DNA from: Octopus vulgaris
Taxonomy: Eukaryota
Direction: 5' to 3'
Length of the DNA stretch: 64,000 bases
Assembly: GCA_951406725.2 (NCBI GenBank)
Contig: OX597836.1
Coordinates: forward strand, 3,658,001-3,722,000
The notes below the pieces were generated by a model. That model worked only from the letters and a program-made list of their open reading frames with translations. It was not told the origin of the DNA and ran no database searches. Numbering within the stretch: position 1 is the stretch's first letter; each line of letters opens with the position of its first letter. Both the position numbers and the translations under genes were made by a program. Of this stretch, positions 61,995 through 64,000 are shown piece by piece.

Positions 61995-63848
61995 TTAAAA
62001 TATGAAAGCGTTCAGTGTTCTGGTGCAGAGGAAGGCATTAATCATGGAAGAAAAGAAACCTTTTGTCTTATTTCCGGCAAACTTAATCTGTCCTGTGAAA
62101 AGTCAACGGAAACTGTTTACAAATGCTGTGTAAAATGCCATTTAAGCTTTTTAAAATTCTTCTATCAATCACTCTTAACCTTCTTAGTGGTGGTCTTGGG
62201 CTGACTGTCGGGTGGTAGGATGGAGAGAGGATATGGTTAAGATAGGATTAGCTTTAAGATTATAATCCTGTTGCTTGAGGTTTGACGAACAGCTTTCAGC
62301 TGGTGTTGAACATGTTCTGGCTGTGTGGCTAAGAAACTCGCTTTGTAACCGCATGGTTCCAGGTTCAATCCTACTGCATGGCACCTTGAGCAAGTGTCTT
62401 CTATTATAGCCCTGGGTCAGCCAATACTTGCTGACTGAATTTGGTAGATGGAAACTGGAAGCTATGCAATAATCCCTCTTTTTTACGATAGGACAAAATT
62501 TATATTATTTGCTCTCAACTGAAGCAAGGCTCTATAACCTCACTACCTCCTCCTGGTCAAAAAAAGGAAAAAGTGTGCAGGGGGTCTCTAATAAAGCAGC
62601 CTCTCAGTCCCCCCCCCCCTGCGATAGGTGAAAATCCACAAAGCAGAAACAGTACTGTGTATATTTTATTATAAATGCAAAACAAGGCTACAGTGGAATC
62701 GGCGTAAGCTTAGATAACAAACCGCAATATGTCAAGGGATTACTGTATATGTATAGGGATATATATATAGCTATATATGTATAGATATATATTTGGCTAC
62801 ATATGTATATCTGCATGTATGTTTATCTCCTTGTGGACTTAGTGGTTCAGCAAAAGTTTGCAAGAATGAGTTCCTGACTTGGAAATAATTACTGGGTTTG
62901 ATTTGCTCAACTCACACCCTTCCAGCTGGTTTCTCTTCCGGTATGTTCCGAGGTGACTGGTGCGTTCACTGTGAAAAAAATTAGTGCTCAGAGCGAGCCC
63001 TGCCAGCTTGCATACGTAAAGCATGGAATGATTGATGTAAAATAACCAACATTAAAGAGAAATGGTTAGAACAGGGAATTGATAAAATACTGGGTGACTT
63101 TTACTTACGGTTTGTTAATGTCATTTTAGTTCTTGCCAAACGCTTGTTATAAAAGAAAAAATGAAAGTTTAGTCTTGGTGTCAAGATGTAACCCTTTTGA
63201 TATCAACCTGCTTCAAACTACCCCTTAGTTTTAATCGGGGCTGGCTGGAGTCAGAAACAAGGGGTGGCTGGAGTCAGTAAAGCTATAGTGACTCCAACTC
63301 CCAGTGTCTTTATTTTTTAATATAAACCAGTTTTAACAAATAGGCCTACTCAGAGTACAAGTGTATGCTTTGAGATATGTAGACCAGAATCACTTAATTA
63401 CATAAAGAGGAATTTGTATTGGGTTAGGGTTATTGTTCTGTCGTGTTGCCGTAATATTTTGATTGGTCTGTCAAAATATCTAATTCATCCAAAGACATTT
63501 CATTGTTTTTTTGTTTTTTTCTATGTTTTGTGTCTTCATATAAATCCTTCTCAAGTTGGAATTGCTCTGAAGCCATATCAGTTCTTACTCACCCCACCAA
63601 AAAACAGAAACAAATCCTTTCTTTATTTCAAACTGTACTGAAAATTTCCCAGCCTTTACAATAATATTTAGAAGGAAACGGCTTTCTTTTGAAGCTACGA
63701 GATCTGTGGTGATTTATTTTTAGAACGATATTGCAAGGTAGGTGTGATAGGTTAGATTTGACTAATTTGAACATAGAAACGCATAGAATATGTGCCAGAA
63801 ATGGTTTGATTAAATACTTAAAGTATTGTTTCTTCTTTTTCCTTTCAG

Positions 63849-63934
63849 CTTGGTTACTTTGCTGGAATTTGCCGAAGAGAGACTCCACTGCAAGAATGTC
63901 ATAATCTACTTCAAAAGGGATCGCAACAACAGAA
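63849..63934 (+). CDS. OAZ: Antizyme exon 3, (G)LVTLLEFAEERLHCKNVIIYFKRDRNNR; the final exon lies beyond the window
   Basis: Acceptor ttcctttcag| and donor A|GTAAGT bound an 86-nt exon. Its phase matches exon 2 (GG+C = Gly). It encodes the antizyme signature LLEFAEE. Confidence 0.96.
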
Positions 63935-64000
63935 GTAAGTCAAAACCACTTTCGGTTTTTTTGGGGGTTTTTTTCTCTTTCTTGTGGTAGCTGAAGTTTC

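Overview
This is eukaryotic DNA, AT-rich and dominated by microsatellites and SINEs; the repeat content suggests an octopus genome (inference). Nearly all ORFs in the supplied track are microsatellite or SINE artefacts. Two spliced genes can be built by hand, divergently transcribed with start codons about 19 kb apart. On the - strand are the first two coding exons of dynactin subunit 6 (DCTN6/p27), at 26665-26687 and 2159-2223, separated by a 24.4-kb intron. On the + strand are three exons of ornithine decarboxylase antizyme (OAZ), at 46032-46123, 56546-56855 and 63849-63934. OAZ needs a programmed +1 ribosomal frameshift at UCC-UGA (56598-56603), which is followed by a two-stem mRNA pseudoknot (56608-56674). 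The frameshift is established biology, but it is invisible in the ORF track. Details worth testing are an alternative pairing that covers the shift site, an A-C mismatch in stem 2, and a tandem 5' splice site that would truncate ORF1. The window also holds a decayed 28S rRNA fragment in OAZ intron 2, degenerate minimal hammerhead-ribozyme motifs in dispersed repeats, MITEs flanking DCTN6 exon 1, piggyBac-, hAT- and Helitron-type elements, RTE LINE fragments and three abundant short retroposon families. I found no entirely new system that the sequence alone can demonstrate.
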